This document shows positions 60,401-64,000 of a stretch of 64,000 bases of DNA, piece after piece (position 1 is the stretch's first letter; each line of letters opens with the position of its first letter). The stretch comes from Sedimentisphaerales bacterium (GTDB lineage: Bacteria; Planctomycetota; Phycisphaerae; Sedimentisphaerales; SM23-30), in NCBI GenBank assembly GCA_963666285.1, contig OY762711.1; one strand, written 5' to 3'. The position numbers and the translations under genes were made by a program. The notes beneath the pieces were generated by a model. That model was not told the origin of the DNA, searched no databases, and saw nothing but the letters and a program-made list of their open reading frames with translations.

Positions 60401-62761
60401 CAGCTTGCCGCTTCCAGCGAAAGTTAAAGTCTGACCATTGGCAGAAAAGTTAGGATTAAATGTAGTCACCGTAACAGTACTACCGGTATCTTTTGTTACG
60501 GTATCTGACGGATCGAACATTGTCATAGTTGAGATAGTACCGGCACCTCTTAAAGTGATATCAGCAACAGGTGTAACCGTAGTAGACCAAGTAACACCAC
60601 CGGCAACATCGACAATAGCACCGTTAGTTAAATTAAGATTTGTAATTGTTGTATCTGCATTTACATCTAGAATTTCACCAGAATTGACTTCAACAGAAGA
60701 TATTGTACCAGTATTGCTCAAAGACAAAGTTTTGCCGCTTGCAATCACAGTAGTGGCTGTCAGTATTTTACCGGGAGCAACATCAATGTCAGAATCGCTA
60801 TTGACCGATATTGAATATATCGTATTTGACGCATTAACATCCAAGTCTCCGTCGGTGAGAATAATCGATGACAAAGTTCCACCACTTTCGTCAACAGTAA
60901 GCTCAGCCCCGTTATCAACTGTAATTACCGTAGAAGACAAATTACTTCCACCAGTATTTATTGCCGCATCAGCAGTTACTGAAACAGCCACGGCATTACC
61001 ATCAGCATTAAAGTCAAGTATTCCGCCAGCAGTGTCCATTTGCACGGCAGAAACAGAACCTGCGGCATCAATTGTCAGAGTATTGCCATTAACATCAACC
61101 GTGGAAGTAAGGACTCTACCGGAAGTGACGCTGATAGTTGCATCACCACTCATTGTTATATTATTTGACAAAGTAACATTATCAGTTATATCAAGACTAC
61201 CGGCAAGGTTGATAGCGGAAGAAATCGATAAGCTGCCGGTTCCGATATTAGGGAGATTTAAATCAGCTCCACTGGAAACAGATACAGAAGAAAGAGTAAG
61301 TGTCTTTGCAGCAGCAACATCAATTGCAGGAGAAGCAGCAGCAGTAACTTCTAACGTACTGATGGTACAGCTTTCATTAACATCCAAGGTCGAGGTATTT
61401 GCCAGCTGGATTTTACCTAAGGTACCAGCCTGAGTCAGCTGAAGGGTTTTACCGGCAGCGACCGAAGAACTTACAGTCTGCAAAGTTTTGCCGGAAGCAA
61501 TCTGAATTTCACTGCTTTCATTCAAGGTAAGTGACGTTATAGTACAATCTTCATCGATATCTAAAATCGAAGCTGCATCAAAGGTAATGTTTGAAATTGT
61601 ACCGGCTTCATCTAACTCAACTGTTTTACCGGCAGCAACACTACAGGTTCCAACAGTCAGCTGTCTACCGGAATCAACATTTAGTTTAACACTGCCATCA
61701 ATATCTAATGTTGTGACAGTTACACTAGAATCGACATTTAAGACACCTGCATCAGTATCCATCTGAACAGTTGAAACGGTACCTGTACTTTCAGAAAGAC
61801 TTAAAGTGTTACTATTGACATCAACAGTAGCAGTTAAAGTACTACCACCAGTTTGGATAGCCAGATCGCCCTGCCCTGCCGTCATTGTAAATACACCTGT
61901 AACAGTAAGGTCTCTGTCCAGGTCAAGTATAACCCCATCTGCATCAGCAATCAGATTACCGACAACCCGAAGCGAATTTGCCGTATCGCCAGTAATGTGA
62001 AGCTCAGAAGCGGTTTCGTCAAGAACAATACCACCAGAAGTTGTAAACGTTTCACTTGTTAAACCGGTTGTTCCCTGAAGCGTCAATATTTCACCGGCAT
62101 CAAGATCAATTGCATTAGTAACTGTCAGATTCACAGCTTCTGCCAATTTAATGGTCAGGTCATCGCCATTTGATGCCGGAACAAGCCCCTGAATAGTTAT
62201 TGCATTAGCATCTGCGTCAATAGAAGAACCATCCCCATAGGTAACAACACCAACTGATGATGCCGCAGTATCCAGTTTTAAAATGCTACCATCAGAAATC
62301 GTAATGGTTTTGTTGGAACCACCAACTGTACCGGAAATCGTAAGGGTATTGCCACTGTTGACCGGGGTAAAATCAAGGGTACCACCTCCACCGAGGTTAG
62401 CAGTTGTCATAGAACCGTAAATAGTCAGTGCAGCATCTCCCTGGTCAGCTGCACCACCAAATTTCAAGTTGCCACCACCGTAATTAACGGTAAGGGTTTT
62501 GCCAGAAGCAATAGTAAGAGCCCCAATTAAATCCGTATCACCATCAATAGTGAAAGTTGCATCAGCTGTCACAGAAATGGTATCACCATCAGCAATGGCG
62601 GCATTAATAGCGGCAGCATTATGTGGACCGGCAGTGCTTACAGTCCAGGTTGAAAGCAGCATCCTGGCTTCAAGCGGCTCAAAGCACAATTTTGCACTTA
62701 AACTCTTACCTGCAAGCAGTTTATCATTTCTTTTCATTTTTCTGGCCAGTTTTCGCAGCAT
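57428..62761 (-). CDS. Giant LEPR-XLL adhesin-like protein (beta-helix repeats, cadherin/Ig-like domains)
   Basis: FEPLEARMLLS; Gly/Thr/Ser-rich beta-helix repeats; VNDPP/ENDPP cadherin-like junctions. Start placed at ATG 62761 after GGAGG. Confidence 0.85.
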   Translation of the reverse strand: MLRKLARKMKRNDKLLAGKSLSAKLCFEPLEARMLLSTWTVSTAGPHNAAAINAAIADGDTISVTADATFTIDGDTDLIGALTIASGKTLTVNYGGGNLKFGGAADQGDAALTIYGSMTTANLGGGGTLDFTPVNSGNTLTISGTVGGSNKTITISDGSILKLDTAASSVGVVTYGDGSSIDADANAITIQGLVPASNGDDLTIKLAEAVNLTVTNAIDLDAGEILTLQGTTGLTSETFTTSGGIVLDETASELHITGDTANSLRVVGNLIADADGVILDLDRDLTVTGVFTMTAGQGDLAIQTGGSTLTATVDVNSNTLSLSESTGTVSTVQMDTDAGVLNVDSSVTVTTLDIDGSVKLNVDSGRQLTVGTCSVAAGKTVELDEAGTISNITFDAASILDIDEDCTITSLTLNESSEIQIASGKTLQTVSSSVAAGKTLQLTQAGTLGKIQLANTSTLDVNESCTISTLEVTAAASPAIDVAAAKTLTLSSVSVSSGADLNLPNIGTGSLSISSAINLAGSLDITDNVTLSNNITMSGDATISVTSGRVLTSTVDVNGNTLTIDAAGSVSAVQMDTAGGILDFNADGNAVAVSVTADAAINTGGSNLSSTVITVDNGAELTVDESGGTLSSIILTDGDLDVNASNTIYSISVNSDSDIDVAPGKILTATTVIASGKTLSLSNTGTISSVEVNSGEILDVNADTTITNLNLTNGAIVDVAGGVTWSTTVTPVADITLRGAGTISTMTMFDPSDTVTKDTGSTVTVTTFNPNFSANGQTLTFAGSGKLTIGNAIDFSTAGGQAIAVSAGEVELSADQTLNQDADIISVASGAILTIDGSVTVNTAGSTTNISAASGSTVNLSGTNKTLTALADDDFKLHGNVNFTGGRYILSGAYEFQLGETLIESGAELEYSTANGSLKFVGGSTVTMQGTAVLDLGASNGSEITIDSTDGSTAFIIDRGPSTTTIDMNNTNLANCTYDSDSGLSAYLDSSAIITYIDFTGSNNANWTNRAPLTALSEFSGLEDASNVITLTAAENALDTDAFSISFKINSLPAKGTLYQYDSSASDYKGAVITAGSVVTDSNGRVVYVTDQDGFGTAYTGFTYVAFDSQVESSAGTVTVSITDVNDPPSFTPAGDVSVTEDSGQYSATWAQNLSVGPNESGQVVIFLVMVDDTSLFEVTPVIDYTGILTFTPAQGVTGSTTVTVMASDNGGTLNDGDNSADSVDFTIMISAENDPPVLTAPSSLEVDDDTVTTVSGISIADSDAGSGELRVILTTQSGTLSFSQFEGTLAEVNSALAGLTYTRGSSLNDTIRIQVDDQGNTGSGGNQSDIEYISVTISESGSGGGSGGSTPGDNGYVTGYSVADSSGMVYLDIDEDADIQAYLDLDGDGFDIEADPAVTLTYDTAKSLWKADIVTAATDGDTIDYGWQAMYVFVDGSTAKESSVLVPNRVAVDNKNPLTVTDLEGNDIKVSLSNASGYVILSAEADQPQDIYGLEITGGDKASLKIKGGSANEPVIIAGNIDIDGGLKSLNAPYVNFEGDVTVDGNCSSIKAVDFAGLTINEASGKIQIKVTDLEDADIQSDSGLVKLIANSITGSTISVEDIDIISSKSSAEFDLTATQAIGKISVKGVYSGDISGLTLNSLVADSADTINVDISGAVNTISIKNDFSGAIDAQSVVKFKSGSFTDAELNFTHAGSITIKSGQALYFENSYITIDDVDKLLLKGREAGTVTGSITVDSVSKYQRAFGSDKLSVKSQTLPAQIDSYNAGLFTVDVI

Positions 62762-63179
62762 TATAACCTCCATGGGTTTTGACTATTACTTAATTTGATA
62801 ATTTTAAGATATCTTACCTTGTTATTTCGTCAATATGAGCATCACGGTTAAGCATCACAGAAATACGATATATGGTAATACCTAATAATCAGCAAAATCG
62901 GGCGATTAACAGGGTTCAACGCTCGATACAACCATGTATTTTTGAATATAACATTCAATTATTGGACTATTATTAAATTTACTAAACAATTTGATAACCA
63001 AACCCAAATGTCCGAAGATATACTACAGATGGCAAAACCGGCAAAAACAGAACTTAAAGGCTTGTCATCATTTACATTACAACAATAGTGACATAACTAT
63101 AAGTTGATATAAGTAATTGAAATTCGTATAATTAAGGTAAGAAGGAAAATACAATAGATACTCTAAAGAGAGAAATACC

Positions 63180-64000
63180 ATGAGAATACTTAAGAGTCAC
63201 ATCATCCTGGTTCTTATACTGACATTATCAATCCAGGTTGTTGCCGCCAGTAAAAAAGGTGATGATATTGCTATTGATACCGATATAAACCTGGGAAACG
63301 GCATGAAGATTACAAAAATCATTCATCCCCTGGCAGATTTCAAGCCGGAAGTTACTGTCGAACCTCAAGTAATGACCAAGGCAACTTATCCTTATCCAAG
63401 TGTTCCACTTGCCGGTTTTACGCCTTATGTGGCTGTATTGACATCGGATAAGGCCCTGAGCGACACTGAGTTAGAACATGTAATGGAAAGCTCTTACACC
63501 GGCCACCCTTTAGCCAGAGACCCAAATACAAATAATCCAAACTTTGTAATTGGCATACTTGACTCTGGTGCAGACACCGATCTTATAGCCGGCAGTTCAG
63601 CCAGTCACCTCGGGATAACTTCCCAATGGTTAACTGACAGTATTATACCAATAGGTGGTGCCGGTTCCGGATCAGTAGATGCTATCTGTACTTATCCAAT
63701 GGGGCTTTATGCGGCAGGACTCGGAGGTGTAAATACAGAAGATATGACCATAGATCCAAATTATCTCATTGGCCATAGTAATGCCAGCCTGCTTGCCTCA
63801 CCGGCTATTGTCTGTCAAGGACAGGAAACTGTTAGTGCCGCAGTAGGCAGGCCACTCATGTCATTTGTTACAACAATGATAAGAAATGACACTAAACACA
63901 CAGTAACTATTGGAGAGCGTAAGTATATTGGGCCAGACATACAATTTGGCTCAATTTATACCTCAGACATACCTGATTATACTCGCCGCATACCAATAAG
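63180..64000 (+). CDS. Secreted retropepsin-like aspartic protease domain protein, partial (runs off the window)
   Basis: Manual translation MRILKSHIILVLILTLSIQVVAA...FVIGILDSGADT...IGGAGSG gives a signal peptide and a D[ST]GA motif. Confidence 0.65.
   Translation, partial: MRILKSHIILVLILTLSIQVVAASKKGDDIAIDTDINLGNGMKITKIIHPLADFKPEVTVEPQVMTKATYPYPSVPLAGFTPYVAVLTSDKALSDTELEHVMESSYTGHPLARDPNTNNPNFVIGILDSGADTDLIAGSSASHLGITSQWLTDSIIPIGGAGSGSVDAICTYPMGLYAAGLGGVNTEDMTIDPNYLIGHSNASLLASPAIVCQGQETVSAAVGRPLMSFVTTMIRNDTKHTVTIGERKYIGPDIQFGSIYTSDIPDYTRRIPI

Overview
Bacterial chromosomal window, most genes on the - strand. It is most likely from an anaerobic planctomycete (Phycisphaerae, Sedimentisphaerales-like). 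This is inferred from the PEP-CTERM proteins, LEPR-XLL/Planc_extracel N-termini, dockerin-like EF-hand tails, a prepilin-type FTLIELL protein and abundant D/E-P-N motifs. In order the window holds: the 3' end of purC; rnr; a ~2 kb repeat hotspot (REP-like modules, a MITE, a 7-bp VNTR and an unexplained T-poor GC-rich tract); a rex-hfsA-hydS-hfsC-hydCBA cluster (H2 sensing plus electron-bifurcating [FeFe]-hydrogenase); a sigma54 activator/prepilin/PEP-CTERM/MFS cluster; and tRNA-Ser(GCT) with a ~7.9 kb AT-rich island. The island is bounded by a 17-bp direct repeat and carries an integrase remnant, a large secreted protein with a caspase-like His/Cys domain and a NERD nuclease. After it come a GH53 galactanase; a hybrid kinase/response regulator/BcsA-like synthase/TPR-barrel operon with no bcsB and degenerate PilZ motifs; an SSS transporter with an inserted cadherin-like domain next to a duplicated Zn peptidase; guaB; a DtxR-Fur-FeoA fusion with a DtxR box in its own promoter; two giant LEPR-XLL proteins sharing a C-terminal domain; dinG; hydE; and a partial aspartic protease. 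All calls come from reading motifs by eye. No database searches were run.
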